From an uncultured Gammaproteobacteria bacterium (GTDB taxonomy: Bacteria; Patescibacteriota; Microgenomatia; Levybacterales; GWA1-39-11): a stretch of DNA of 64,000 nucleotides. Numbering within the stretch: position 1 is the stretch's first letter; each line of letters opens with the position of its first letter. Made by a program: the position numbers and the translations under genes. The stretch spans positions 101,804-165,803 of the forward strand of contig CAZDED010000001.1 in assembly GCA_964504535.1 (NCBI GenBank). Direction: 5' to 3'. Under the pieces are notes generated by a model. The model searched no databases. It was not told the origin of the DNA and saw nothing but the letters and a program-made list of their open reading frames with translations. Below, piece by piece: positions 40,971 to 51,525 of the stretch.

Positions 40971-42896
40971 TTAACTAACTACTTCGCCTTCTTCGGCGTC
41001 TTCTTTCTTTGAGGAACTGTCGTCGGTGTTGTCGTCCGATTTTGGCTCTTCCGAACCTGTATTTTTATGTTCTTCCGTACCCTGTCCACTGTCTCCTGTC
41101 CCTTGATTCGCATACATCTTTTCTCCGACCTTTGAGATTTTCTCTGAGAGATCCTTTGTTTTTGATTCGATCTCATCCTTGTCTTCTCCATCTTTTACCT
41201 TTTTTAACTCGGAAATTGCCTCTTCTACTTCCTTTTTGTCCGCCTCTTCAATTTTCCCTTCCATATCTTTCATTGATTTTTCTGCCGTAAAGATGAGATT
41301 ATCAGCACTATTTTTTACCTCAATAAGTTCTTTCTTTTTCGCATCCTCATCTGCATGCATTTCTGCATCCTGGGTCATCTTTTTGATTTCATCATCTGTA
41401 AGCCCAGTTGAACCTGTTATTTTGATGCTTTGCTCTTTCCCAGTTGCCTTATCTTTTGCTGTTACAGACAAGATTCCTGACGCATCGATGTCAAAAGTTA
41501 CCTCAACTTGCGGTACTCCCCGAGGTGCAGGTGGAATTCCATCCAATATAAATCGTCCGAGTGACTTGTTGTCGTTTGCCATTGGACGCTCTCCCTGAAC
41601 AACATTAATTTCGACTTGTGTTTGATTATCAGCTGCTGTTGAGAATACTTGTGATTTTTTACTTGGAATTGTTGTATTTTTCTCAATTAATGGAGTTGCA
41701 ACTCCACCCATTGTTTCGATTCCAAGCGTCAAAGGTGTAACGTCTAACAAAAGCACATCTTTCACTTCTCCACCCAGAACCCCAGCCTGTACTGCAGCAC
41801 CAACTGCAACAACTTCGTCCGGATTTACTGATTTATTTGGTTCTTTGCCAAAGAATTTTGATACTTCCTCAATTATTTTTGGCATTCTCGTCATACCTCC
41901 AACAAGAATTACCTCATCAATTCCTGATGTTTCAACCTTAGCATCTTTTAAAGCCTGCTTGACTGGTCCAAATGATTTTTCAACAAGGGGGGAAACCAAT
42001 TGCTCCAACTTTGATCGTGGGATTTTAACCGTTAAGTGAAGTGGTCCATTTGGTCCTTGAGTTATAAATGGTTGATTGATCTCAGCTTCCATTGATGAAG
42101 ATAACTCAATTTTTGCTTTCTCAGCAGACTCTTTAAGTCTTTGTAGAGCTTGAGGATCGGACCGAAGATCAATATTATTGTCCTTCTTAAATTCATCTGC
42201 TAGGTAATCGATAAGTACTTGATCAAAATCATCTCCACCAAGATGAGTGTCTCCGTTCGTTGCTTTTACCTCATATACTCCTTCTCCCAATTCGAGGACT
42301 GAAATATCAAATGTTCCTCCTCCAAGATCATAAACTGCTACTGTATGTGCATGTTTTTTGTCTAACCCATAAGCTAGTGCTGCTGCTGTTGGTTCGTTAA
42401 CGATTCGGAGTACTTCAAGTCCAGCAATTTCTCCAGCCTGTTTTGTGGCTTGTCTTTGGGCATCGTCAAAATATGCAGGAACGGTAATAACAGCTTGAGT
42501 TATTTTGTCTCCCAAATAATCCTCGGCATCCTTTTTTAGTTTTTGAAGAATTTGTGCAGAAATTTCTTGTGGAGTAAATGTTTTACCATCAACCTCAACA
42601 ACAGCCATGCCTTCGCGCCCAGACTTTACATCGTATGGCAAAAGCTTAAGGTCTTTTTGGACAGACTCGTCTTTCAATTTTCGACCCATAAGTCTTTTTA
42701 CTGAAAAGACAATCTTTTTTGGTTTTAGAACCATCTGACGCTTTGCAACATCACCAACAACTCTCTCGATTGGATCGACAACCGAAGGAGTAGTGTTTCT
42801 TCCTTCAGATGAAAAGATGACTTTTGGAGAGCCTCCCTCCATTACAGCCATACATGAATTTGTTGTTCCTAAATCTATTCCTATAATTTTTCCCAT
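40971..42896 (-). CDS. dnaK: Chaperone DnaK
   Basis: [23 protein letters not shown] and the substrate-binding domain. Confidence 0.98.
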   Translation of the reverse strand: MGKIIGIDLGTTNSCMAVMEGGSPKVIFSSEGRNTTPSVVDPIERVVGDVAKRQMVLKPKKIVFSVKRLMGRKLKDESVQKDLKLLPYDVKSGREGMAVVEVDGKTFTPQEISAQILQKLKKDAEDYLGDKITQAVITVPAYFDDAQRQATKQAGEIAGLEVLRIVNEPTAAALAYGLDKKHAHTVAVYDLGGGTFDISVLELGEGVYEVKATNGDTHLGGDDFDQVLIDYLADEFKKDNNIDLRSDPQALQRLKESAEKAKIELSSSMEAEINQPFITQGPNGPLHLTVKIPRSKLEQLVSPLVEKSFGPVKQALKDAKVETSGIDEVILVGGMTRMPKIIEEVSKFFGKEPNKSVNPDEVVAVGAAVQAGVLGGEVKDVLLLDVTPLTLGIETMGGVATPLIEKNTTIPSKKSQVFSTAADNQTQVEINVVQGERPMANDNKSLGRFILDGIPPAPRGVPQVEVTFDIDASGILSVTAKDKATGKEQSIKITGSTGLTDDEIKKMTQDAEMHADEDAKKKELIEVKNSADNLIFTAEKSMKDMEGKIEEADKKEVEEAISELKKVKDGEDKDEIESKTKDLSEKISKVGEKMYANQGTGDSGQGTEEHKNTGSEEPKSDDNTDDSSSKKEDAEEGEVVS

Positions 42897-42947
42897 ATGT
42901 TTTTAATTATTTAATAAACTTTATACTTTATTCTATATTCTATATTC

Positions 42948-43442
42948 TTAATTCTTAAGGTCTTCCCCGTTACCAACTTTTACCTGTGCTGGACGGATCA
43001 GTCTTCCATTTATCATAAATCCCGGTCTTACTTCTTCAATTACGGTGTCTTTGGCTCCAGGTACCACTTCTATCACTTCCATTGAGTCTGCATTATATTT
43101 TACATTCTCACACTGTATCTTATCAATACCATTTTGTTGTAAGACTTCAAGTATTCTTCCGATTGTCAATTTTACACTCTCATCTGTTGTATATTTTCCT
43201 GCCAAAAAGAGTGTATCAAATGCAGGCAAAAGTGCTTCTATTAATTGCTTGTTTGCAAATTTGACTGCCTCACTTCTTTCATCAAAACTTCTTCTTTCTA
43301 AGTTTCTATAGTCTGCTACTGCCCGTTTTAGTTGCTCATCAAGTTCTTGTATCTTTACATCCCGTTCGTCTACCTCTTCGGTAATCTCCTCAATAATTTC
43401 TTCTTCGTCCTTTTTATCTTGTTTTATCTTATTATTATCCAT
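42948..43442 (-). CDS. grpE: Nucleotide exchange factor GrpE
   Basis: RAVADYRN..RR, LLP..D and GF.INGRLIRPAQVKV motifs; lies between hrcA and dnaK. Confidence 0.93.
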   Translation of the reverse strand: MDNNKIKQDKKDEEEIIEEITEEVDERDVKIQELDEQLKRAVADYRNLERRSFDERSEAVKFANKQLIEALLPAFDTLFLAGKYTTDESVKLTIGRILEVLQQNGIDKIQCENVKYNADSMEVIEVVPGAKDTVIEEVRPGFMINGRLIRPAQVKVGNGEDLKN

Positions 43443-43480
43443 CGCACTAATCACTATTTACTAATTCCTAATCACTGATT

Positions 43481-44203
43481 TTACCATCCTGCAACTTCTT
43501 CTATTAAAGAGCCGTAGTATCTTACTAGTGGTACGATATTTTCGTATCGAAGTCTTGCAGGCCCGATAACTCCAATAGTACCATCATGATTTCCTCGCGT
43601 GTGGAATTTAGAAAACACAAAACTGTATGGTTTGAATAGTTCTAATTCCAAATCTTCTCCCAAAATTACTGAAAATTTCTCATGAATATTTCCAAAAATC
43701 GTATCAAAATAAGTTGAATTATCTAATAAATTTAATAAATTCTTCGTGACATCGATGTCATAAAATTCTGGCATATCCAAAATGTGAGAGTATCCAGAAC
43801 AGTAAAAGTCACCCATGTCATTTCTCGCAACCGCCAATGTTCCTGTTTTATCAGCTAGTCTCTGAGTTGCTGTACGCATGAATTCTCCTTCTTTTTCCCG
43901 TACATCCCAAACCTTTTCTTTTGCTTCAACCTCCTCAGCAACTGAAAGATCCTTCTCTTTCATTAATTCATTGACGTACAGTTTCATCGCTTTTGAAGTC
44001 GGAATACGGCCAGCCGATGTATGAGGTTTTGCAAGATATCCCTTTTTGACCATTACGGCCATCTCGTTCCTTATCGTAGCGGGGCTCACACCTACATCAT
44101 ACTTTTTCTCCAATGTTTCGGAGCCGACTGGGTTTGCCGTATCGATATATTCTTTAACTATCTGCTTTAATATCTCGATTTGTCTCTGTGTTAAATCGTA
44201 CAT
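43481..44203 (-). CDS. hrcA: Heat-inducible repressor HrcA (short form)
   Basis: LTQRQ.EIL..IV.EYI.TA.PVGS, SPATIRNEM, PHTSAGRIPT and GVIGP.RL.Y motifs. Confidence 0.95.
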   Translation of the reverse strand: MYDLTQRQIEILKQIVKEYIDTANPVGSETLEKKYDVGVSPATIRNEMAVMVKKGYLAKPHTSAGRIPTSKAMKLYVNELMKEKDLSVAEEVEAKEKVWDVREKEGEFMRTATQRLADKTGTLAVARNDMGDFYCSGYSHILDMPEFYDIDVTKNLLNLLDNSTYFDTIFGNIHEKFSVILGEDLELELFKPYSFVFSKFHTRGNHDGTIGVIGPARLRYENIVPLVRYYGSLIEEVAGW

Positions 44204-44268
44204 AATAAGATTGTAATGAAGTTAATGAATTCAATCTCATATAACCTTCCGTTTGGTGATATACGAGA

Positions 44269-44305
44269 TTAGCAATACTATATCACGAGTGCTAAATTAT
44301 GTCAA
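44269..44305 (-). promoter_or_regulatory. CIRCE operator overlapping the hrcA sigma70 promoter
   Basis: TTAGCAATA-N9-GAGTGCTAA (44269-44295); minus strand TTGACA (44305-44300), 17-nt spacer, TATAGT. Confidence 0.9.
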
Positions 44306-44334
44306 GCCCCTCCTATTTATGGTACTCTAGACGC

Positions 44335-44670
44335 ATGCAGAAAAGGAAAAAATTGATCCCACATTTGATTATTGCCATACTTGCACTTCTTGGCGTAACA
44401 CTGTTAGTTATTACTTTTAGTCCCGCCCGTCACATAGATTTATCTTTTACAAAACTTTCCCCAGTCATACCATTTTTCTTATGCGTCTTTCTCTCAATAG
44501 CCGGAATATTAGGGTTTATTTTGAATAATTTGAGACACGGTATCCTCGCAGCACTATTTGCAGTTGCTTTTTTCCTTTTGCAAATGATGCGGTACAACAA
44601 TATTTTTTACACAATAATACTCATTATTATCTTTGTTCTTCTTGAATTTCTTTTTTGGAAAAAGAAGTGA
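44335..44670 (+). CDS. Small 4-TM membrane protein
   Basis: Hydrophobic ORF. ATG 44335 preferred because the track start overlaps the hrcA promoter. Confidence 0.7.
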   Translation: MQKRKKLIPHLIIAILALLGVTLLVITFSPARHIDLSFTKLSPVIPFFLCVFLSIAGILGFILNNLRHGILAALFAVAFFLLQMMRYNNIFYTIILIIIFVLLEFLFWKKK

Positions 44671-44705
44671 TTTTCTTTTAGCCTCAAAAATTGGTATAAT
44701 ATCGT

Positions 44706-46121
44706 ATGAATAAATATTTTATTACAACTGCAATTCCTTATGTAAATGGCAAACCACACATTGGTCATGCTCTTGAATATTTCCAGGCAGATACGATAAG
44801 AAATTATCGAAAACTTTTAGGAGATGATACTCTATTTCTATCTGGAGCTGATGAGAACGCATTAAAGAATGTTCAGGCAGCAGAAAAAGAAAATATTCCG
44901 ATACAGGAATTCTTAGACAAGAACTCTCAGGTTTTTAAAGACTCATACAAAAAACTTGGAATTCATCTTGATGTTTTTGAAAGAGGCTCTGACCGAGAAA
45001 AGCATTGGCCTGGAGTCCAAAAATTATGGGAACTCTGCGATAAGAATGGAGATATCTACAAAAAATCATACACAGGTCTATACTGTGTTGGATGCGAGAG
45101 TTTTAAAACTGAAAAGGAACTCGTTGATGGAAAATGTCCAGATCATTTAACAGAACCTGAAAAAATCACTGAAGAAAATTACTTTTTCAAACTCTCAAAT
45201 TATCAAGAAAAGCTTTTAGAATTAATCGAATCTAATAAACTACAAATAATTCCTGAAAATAAACGGAATGAAATTATTTCTTTTATCAAACAAGGGCTTG
45301 ATGACTTTTCCATTTCAAGATCTACTGAACGAGCCCGCGGTGTTGGGGTTCCAGTTCCCGGTGATGATTCACAAGTAATGTATGTTTGGTTTGATGCTTT
45401 GGCAATTTACATAACTGGCATTGGATACGGATATGATGAAGAGAATTTTAATAAATGGTGGCCGGCAGATATTCATGTTATTGGAAAAGACATAAATCGT
45501 TTTCATACTGTTTATTGGCCCGCGATGTTAATGTCTGCTGGGCTTGATATTCCAAAAACAATTTTAATTCACGGCTTCATAACGTCGAAAGGACAAAAAA
45601 TGTCAAAAACACTTGGCAATGTTATTGATCCATTTGAAATTGCCCAAAGATATGGGCTTGAACCATTCCGCTATTTTATGCTTTCTCAAATTCCAACTGA
45701 TGATGATGGAGACTTTACAGAAGAAAGATTTCGGGAAATTTACAATGCACACTTAGCAAATGGTATTGGAAATCTTGTCGCAAGAATCGCAAAACTATGT
45801 GAAAATGTTGGATTTGTAAACGAGAACACACAATACGAGCTTAATACTAAAGTGACAGCTACTATTGAAGAATATAAATTTAATGTAGCACTAGAACATA
45901 TTTGGGGGAAGATTTCTGATTTGGATCGAGAAATAAATGAGAAAAAACCATGGACTCTTGAAGGAGATGAATTAATTAATTTTCTGAAGGATGCAACTCA
46001 TACGATTGGTCTTATCGGGTATCATCTTCAACCATTTTTACCGGAAACTGCTGCGAAAATTTTAAAACAATTTAGTGGAGAGATAAAAAGTTCAGATTCC
46101 CTTTTCCCCCGGATTTCATAA
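44706..46121 (+). CDS. metG: Methionyl-tRNA synthetase (short form)
   Basis: PYVNGKPHIGH, CVGCE..CPDH, YVWFDAL, IGKDI.RFH and KMSKT motifs. Confidence 0.97.
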   Translation: MNKYFITTAIPYVNGKPHIGHALEYFQADTIRNYRKLLGDDTLFLSGADENALKNVQAAEKENIPIQEFLDKNSQVFKDSYKKLGIHLDVFERGSDREKHWPGVQKLWELCDKNGDIYKKSYTGLYCVGCESFKTEKELVDGKCPDHLTEPEKITEENYFFKLSNYQEKLLELIESNKLQIIPENKRNEIISFIKQGLDDFSISRSTERARGVGVPVPGDDSQVMYVWFDALAIYITGIGYGYDEENFNKWWPADIHVIGKDINRFHTVYWPAMLMSAGLDIPKTILIHGFITSKGQKMSKTLGNVIDPFEIAQRYGLEPFRYFMLSQIPTDDDGDFTEERFREIYNAHLANGIGNLVARIAKLCENVGFVNENTQYELNTKVTATIEEYKFNVALEHIWGKISDLDREINEKKPWTLEGDELINFLKDATHTIGLIGYHLQPFLPETAAKILKQFSGEIKSSDSLFPRIS

Positions 46122-46153
46122 AAAAACCTCCCGTAGCGAACGAGAGGTTTTTT
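46120..46153. terminator. Bidirectional intrinsic terminator between metG and hsp20
   Basis: aaaaaaacctc-ccgtagcgaac-gagaggttttttt. Confidence 0.8.
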
Positions 46154-46180
46154 AAAGCCTAAGCTTAAACAGTTAAAAGA

Positions 46181-46609
46181 TTACTTTTTTGATTTTGCAG
46201 AAATTTTGATTTTTCGGGGCTCTTTCTTTTCTGCCTTTTTGAAGACTAACTTTAATACCCCATTTTCAAGTTCTGCGACCGGTTCTTGATCGGCAACTAT
46301 TCCTTCAGGAATTCTAAATGAGTAGTTAAATGTATTTGCCATCGAAGTCATGAAGTATCTTCTCTTAGTAGACTCTTCGTCATGCTGTTCAGCTGATCCA
46401 CTAATTCTGACTACTCCATTCTCAAATGTTATATCTATTTTTTCTTCAGGAATTCCAGGAACATGAGCTTCGGCTACCAAAGAGTCCTCAGTCTCATAAA
46501 GATTTAATCCTTGTGACATGAATTTTGATACACCAGGAAACGTAGGGAACTCAAAATCATCATCCAAAATTCTGTCTAGATTCCATGGATTTAATCGCAT
46601 TAATGACAT
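46181..46609 (-). CDS. Hsp20/alpha-crystallin small heat-shock protein
   Basis: NLYETE...V.A.VPGI..E.IDI and A.LENGVL.L motifs; SD AAGGAGGTGA just upstream of ATG 46609. Confidence 0.92.
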   Translation of the reverse strand: MSLMRLNPWNLDRILDDDFEFPTFPGVSKFMSQGLNLYETEDSLVAEAHVPGIPEEKIDITFENGVVRISGSAEQHDEESTKRRYFMTSMANTFNYSFRIPEGIVADQEPVAELENGVLKLVFKKAEKKEPRKIKISAKSKK

Positions 46610-46667
46610 ATTGTTCACCTCCTTTACATTATAATGATGAACTATTCAAGTTCAAATCATTCAATTT

Positions 46668-46702
46668 CTATCAGTATAGCACCGAGAGTGCTAATTTGTC
46701 AA
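46668..46702 (-). promoter_or_regulatory. CIRCE-like operator and promoter of hsp20
   Basis: Perfect GAGTGCTAA half-site (46686-46694) with a degenerate partner at N9 spacing; TTGACA at 46702-46697. Confidence 0.7.
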
Positions 46703-46742
46703 TACTTCCTATCTCTGGTATGATTGGTTTACTTTAACCCCT

Positions 46743-47606
46743 ATGAAAAGGCGTCTTCTTTTGGCTCTATCTATAATCCTTGTCGCATCAGGTCTCTTTC
46801 TTCTAGTGCGTGTCATCTATAGTTTTAAAGATATTGAAAAGGGAGGTCTACAAGTTACATCAAATGTAAAAGGTCGTGTTCTTTTGGATAATAAATATAT
46901 AGGTGATATCCCCGTTAGAAAGATCAATCAACCCGATACTGTTGCAGTTGGGAATTATGAATTACGTATCGAGCCGGAGGACAAAACACTTACTGCATAC
47001 ACAGCACGAGTGAGAGTAAATGGAGGAGTACTCACGGCAGTTGACAAGACTTTTCTCCCTGGATCTTTAGGAAGCTCCTATGTTCTAACTCTTGAGAAGT
47101 CGTCAAGCCCAAAACCACAAATTGAGATCACCACAATTCCTGATGGCGCCCTCGTTACAATTGACAGTGTTGCATTAGGAGCAACACCTTTCAAAACAGA
47201 TTCCCTGTCAGCATCAGAGCATGAGGTGGAAATACAAAAAGAGGGTTTTGCAAAAAAAACAATACGAATAAGGACAGTCGACAATCATATTCTCGTAGTA
47301 AGCGCGAGCTTGGGAACTGGTGATATCGGCACCATTCCGCAAATTACACCAAGTCTCTCACATGCATTAACCGGAACGCCTGCCGCTTCTCCTTCACCGG
47401 AAGTTACAGGCAAAGTTACAATACTCCCAACACCGAATGGATTTTTGAGAGTTAGAAGTGGAGCGGGAACTTCTTTTAGTGAAGTGGGAAGGGTCAAACC
47501 AAATGAAACGTACGATATTCTATCAGAACAATCTGGGTGGTTTGAAATTCAACTTGATGCAACAACTACCGGATGGGTAACTTCCCAATATTCTAAAAAA
47601 GAATAG
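46743..47606 (+). CDS. Membrane-anchored PEGA-domain + SH3b-domain protein
   Basis: PEGA motifs (ITTIPDGA.V.ID....G.TP) and SH3b motif (LRVRSGAGT.F..VG.V..GW..I....GWV). Confidence 0.85.
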   Translation: MKRRLLLALSIILVASGLFLLVRVIYSFKDIEKGGLQVTSNVKGRVLLDNKYIGDIPVRKINQPDTVAVGNYELRIEPEDKTLTAYTARVRVNGGVLTAVDKTFLPGSLGSSYVLTLEKSSSPKPQIEITTIPDGALVTIDSVALGATPFKTDSLSASEHEVEIQKEGFAKKTIRIRTVDNHILVVSASLGTGDIGTIPQITPSLSHALTGTPAASPSPEVTGKVTILPTPNGFLRVRSGAGTSFSEVGRVKPNETYDILSEQSGWFEIQLDATTTGWVTSQYSKKE

Positions 47607-47680
47607 TTAGTGTAGCGACTGCATAGGAGCGGAACCAAGACTTTCTACTATAGCTTAGATTTATAATCCTGAAGAAAGGC

Positions 47681-48640
47681 TTATCCTCCTACGAAATAAA
47701 TTATAAATATAACAAGAAATCCCCAGATGATAACGGATGCGAGAAGTGGTCTATCTGTAAGAAGTACTTTGTCAGGACTTTCTCCCTCTTTTTTCTCATA
47801 AATATCTTGCAAATATCTCATGACTCCATAAATTACCGGAATAATTGTTACCATGAGCCACTTTCTGTTGAAATATGTCGGAAGATATTCTGGCAGTAAA
47901 ACGTCTAGTCCAATATGGAGTCCTTTTGGAGTTGCAAGAAAAGTAAACAATCCATAAAAGACAAATGTTGATGTAGCAAAAATTGTTGAGAAAGAATCAA
48001 GTAATGCTTCTGAATAATGAGATAACGTCTTTCTGACCTCATCAATTTTTGCACCTTTAACATTTTGCAGAAGCGTTAACTCAGATCTTCTCTTTCCAAC
48101 TGCAAGAAAAAGAGATAGAGAAACTGCAGTCAAGAGTAACCAAATTGACGTATGGAAATTTGAGATAGCTTCCCCCGCGAGTATTCTTAAAATGTATCCG
48201 GTCGCAATAAAAAGGATGTCAAATATTGTTATCGATTTAAACACGGTAGAATACAATATTTGAAGCAATATATATGAAATAGCGATAACAGTAAAAAGAT
48301 AACTGGTGTTTAGCGCTATAATAAAGGCTGCAGTAAGGATCAATGCTAATAAAAATACAGCTTCCGGAACTGAAATAATTCCGCTGGCAATTGGTCTCAT
48401 CTTTTTAAATGGATGGAGCCTATCTTTTTTTACATCTAAAATATCGTTGAATATGTATGTTGCTGATGCGAACATGCAAAAAGCAATAAACCCACTAACA
48501 ACCTGGGAAAGGAGATCTAATTCAAATAATTTACCAGCAAAGGTAACGCCCGCAAACAATGCAAAATTCTTAATCCATTGCCTTGGACGCAATAACTTCA
48601 ATATATAATATCCGTGTCGTAACATAATTTTACCAATCAT
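47681..48640 (-). CDS. UbiA-family prenyltransferase (decaprenyl-phosphate phosphoribosyltransferase-like)
   Basis: LRPRQWIKN, YIFNDILDVKKDRLHPFKK.RPIASG and KRRSEL motifs. Confidence 0.88.
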   Translation of the reverse strand: MIGKIMLRHGYYILKLLRPRQWIKNFALFAGVTFAGKLFELDLLSQVVSGFIAFCMFASATYIFNDILDVKKDRLHPFKKMRPIASGIISVPEAVFLLALILTAAFIIALNTSYLFTVIAISYILLQILYSTVFKSITIFDILFIATGYILRILAGEAISNFHTSIWLLLTAVSLSLFLAVGKRRSELTLLQNVKGAKIDEVRKTLSHYSEALLDSFSTIFATSTFVFYGLFTFLATPKGLHIGLDVLLPEYLPTYFNRKWLMVTIIPVIYGVMRYLQDIYEKKEGESPDKVLLTDRPLLASVIIWGFLVIFIIYFVGG

Positions 48641-48664
48641 CGCTCGACTAAAATCGGAACGATT

Positions 48665-49717
48665 TTAGTCGTAGTCTTCTTTCTTGCCAGCTACTCGCAA
48701 CATAAATACAAACCCCAATACGACAACTCCCACCAACATTATAACAAAAAGTTTTCCACGACTAGAGACACTTAAAGCAACAACCCCCAAAAGTAATGAC
48801 ATGAACCAATAAAAAACGGCTATGCTTCTATGCCCCATCCCATAATTTAATAGAAGGTGGTGGAGATGTCCTCGGTCATGCCAGAAGGGAGATTTTTTTG
48901 CTAACAATCTTCTGATTATTGTTATAGCAGCATCAACACTTGGCACTCCCATAACTAGTACTGCGGTTGCCAGTTTCACCCCTGAAGTTATAGAAAGTAT
49001 TCCAATAAAATAACCAAGTATAGTGGCACTGTAGCCAGGGAATATTTTTGCTGGATAAAAATTGTAGACTAAAAATCCTAGAGACGCACCACCTACAATA
49101 AAAGAGATCATTGATGTTGCGTAGCTTAATTGCTCAGTTGAAACAAATCTAAAAGCCGCAATACCAATAACAAAAGCCGAGATTGCAGCAATGCCTGGCA
49201 TTTGTCCATCAACTCCCTTACTCCAATTCAACATATTCATAACCCACACGATCCAAATGATTGCTAAGAGATCTCCCAGATGAAAGGTTTGAGACAAAAT
49301 GACAAATTGAAAATTAGTAAAATGCAAAATTCCTCCTAATGGATTTGTGATAAAGGGAACAGTAACTCCTGCATATACAGCAATGGCTGCTGTTAGAATA
49401 TTGATTCCAAACCGTATATATGGAGACAGATCAAATTTGTCATCCAAAACTCCGGTAATAACTACGATAAGGCCTCCAACAAATATGGTCTTGATGAAGT
49501 TATCAAACGGAACAAAAATAATCGCTGCCAGTGCAATTCCAATATAAATAGCAAGACCTCCTGCCCTTGGGATTGGTTTTTTATGTAGAATTGCAGGATG
49601 AATATGTTTTTTGGGATCATCCATCAATTTGGCTTTCTTTGCGAATTTAATGATAAAAGGAACTGCAACTACTGTAATGAGAAAAGCAATAATAGGAGCT
49701 AAAATTAAATTTTGCAT
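48665..49717 (-). CDS. MraY/WecA-family polyprenyl-phosphate GlcNAc-1-P transferase
   Basis: PRAGGLAI, GVLDD, N...G.DG, NFYPAKIFPG and DRGHLHH motifs; TAATG coupling with the upstream gene. Confidence 0.9.
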   Translation of the reverse strand: MQNLILAPIIAFLITVVAVPFIIKFAKKAKLMDDPKKHIHPAILHKKPIPRAGGLAIYIGIALAAIIFVPFDNFIKTIFVGGLIVVITGVLDDKFDLSPYIRFGINILTAAIAVYAGVTVPFITNPLGGILHFTNFQFVILSQTFHLGDLLAIIWIVWVMNMLNWSKGVDGQMPGIAAISAFVIGIAAFRFVSTEQLSYATSMISFIVGGASLGFLVYNFYPAKIFPGYSATILGYFIGILSITSGVKLATAVLVMGVPSVDAAITIIRRLLAKKSPFWHDRGHLHHLLLNYGMGHRSIAVFYWFMSLLLGVVALSVSSRGKLFVIMLVGVVVLGFVFMLRVAGKKEDYD

Positions 49718-50070
49718 TAAAATGTTAGAAATAATATCTGCAAATAAGCAAGCAATCCAAGTAATAAAATCAGAAAACAATTAAACAAAACAATCCTTGA
49801 GATAAGAACATATTTAGTATAAACAAAAGTCGCCAATAAAACATTCCCAACAAATATAGCAACAAGTAGCATAGGCAAGATAATTGTAATATTGGAACCA
49901 ATCAGTCTTTGTTCACCCCAAGGCATGCTATTAAAAAATGGGATCAGCGGAGGAAGACTTCCATATGTGACAATTATTATGGTTATGAGAGGAACAATAA
50001 AAAGAATAGACAACAATAACGATATCCTTACAAATTGGTCACTCAATACTGTACTAAATTTCTCTTTCAT
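49717..50070 (-). CDS. Small membrane protein (DUF1648-like)
   Basis: LPP.IP.F.S.PWGE motif and three TM helices. Confidence 0.65.
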   Translation of the reverse strand: MKEKFSTVLSDQFVRISLLLSILFIVPLITIIIVTYGSLPPLIPFFNSMPWGEQRLIGSNITIILPMLLVAIFVGNVLLATFVYTKYVLISRIVLFNCFLILLLGLLAYLQILFLTF

Positions 50071-51520
50071 AAATTTTGGTTCCATCCATGATATACCTCA
50101 ATTGATACGATGATAGTATGTTGTCGACAACAGGTACATCCATTGTTTGTATTATATATTTTGGTTGTTCTTTATCAATCTGCTGTTTCGTTATTGTGTC
50201 TGCATTTTTATAGAATGTGATGTGATAAGCAACCACATATTTTCCAATAGGAAGCCTGTTGGAGAGTGCATATATCTGTGCGCTGTCAGACCAGAGAAAA
50301 ACTCTTTCATTGCTTTTTATATTCATACGGATAAAATTTGCTATGTCATAATCCCGAGGGGTATTCCGGTCAAAAAATGCCTCGTACTCAACGATGTGCT
50401 CTTTGTTCATTATAAATTTTAAATAATTACTGTAATAAGGAATAGAACGGAGATAGATCTGAAAATGGAAATACGCAAAATAACAAATGACTACAATTGC
50501 AACCACGTTAACTATGCGTAATTTTACTTTCTCAAATAATTGTCCTATCAAAAGAGAAAAAACCGGAAGAATTACAAGTGAATAATGTATATAAGGTCTT
50601 TCCGAAAAGAATGCGTTATACAAAGAAAATATCAACCAGAGATAAATAAACAAAGAAGTCTTTGATATCCTCGTTCGATTCACGAAGATTATCATCAAAC
50701 CAACGGATAATAAAATGGTTTTAATAACGAGTATCCCCATCGGGAATATAAATCTATTTTGCTCTCCTACGTACGAAACATTCTGCAGAAATACAGCGCC
50801 GATAAATTCCTTTGGGATTCCCAAAAATAAGAAAAATACAAAACATATCACAAGAAGTAAAATGGTTGATAGAAAAAAATCTAAGAAACGCCTAACGTTT
50901 TGATTTGAAATCACAACTCTACTTGAAAATAAAATGAATGTCATAAATGCTGCAAAGTCAAAAACGGCAACTATCTTTGTGATGACAGCAATTGACAAAA
51001 GCAACCCTGCATAAATAAGTTTTTTCCTTTGTTTGTTTTCGAGATAAGAATAAATCAAATAAGCTGCGCTTATAATAGGAAGTAACATAAAATTCTCCGC
51101 GTTGGCTATATTTCCTTCCAAGATAGGTAGACCAAAAAGTATCGAAAATACCGTTGTCGAAATGTAAAATGACAGAGGATTTTCAAACATTTTTTTTGAC
51201 AACAGAAAAAAGATTACCGTTGAAAATAAACCGGCAAATAAAGATAAAAGTTTTATCAAATAAAGATTCCCATTTACTAATGCGTAAATAATGTAAAGAA
51301 GTGGCGGCTTATTATCCCAAATATCTTTATATAATGTCTTTCCTGAAAGCAAAGCTCTTCCAATCACTTGATATATTCCCTCATCGCCGTACCAATGAGG
51401 CTCTATAAGAGAGGGGATTCTAAGAACTACAAAAACAGTGCAAATAACGAGTAAAAACCAGGCATCGCGATACTGGTAGAAAGATTTTGACTTATAAATT
51501 CTCAAAAAAAAACTTTTCAT
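50054..51520 (-). CDS. GT-C fold glycosyltransferase (ArnT/PMT-like)
   Basis: DEGIY..IG, WDNKPP and NAENF motifs; multiple TM helices. Confidence 0.85.
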   Translation of the reverse strand: MKSFFLRIYKSKSFYQYRDAWFLLVICTVFVVLRIPSLIEPHWYGDEGIYQVIGRALLSGKTLYKDIWDNKPPLLYIIYALVNGNLYLIKLLSLFAGLFSTVIFFLLSKKMFENPLSFYISTTVFSILFGLPILEGNIANAENFMLLPIISAAYLIYSYLENKQRKKLIYAGLLLSIAVITKIVAVFDFAAFMTFILFSSRVVISNQNVRRFLDFFLSTILLLVICFVFFLFLGIPKEFIGAVFLQNVSYVGEQNRFIFPMGILVIKTILLSVGLMIIFVNRTRISKTSLFIYLWLIFSLYNAFFSERPYIHYSLVILPVFSLLIGQLFEKVKLRIVNVVAIVVICYFAYFHFQIYLRSIPYYSNYLKFIMNKEHIVEYEAFFDRNTPRDYDIANFIRMNIKSNERVFLWSDSAQIYALSNRLPIGKYVVAYHITFYKNADTITKQQIDKEQPKYIIQTMDVPVVDNILSSYQLRYIMDGTKIYEREI

Positions 51521-51525
51521 GTAGA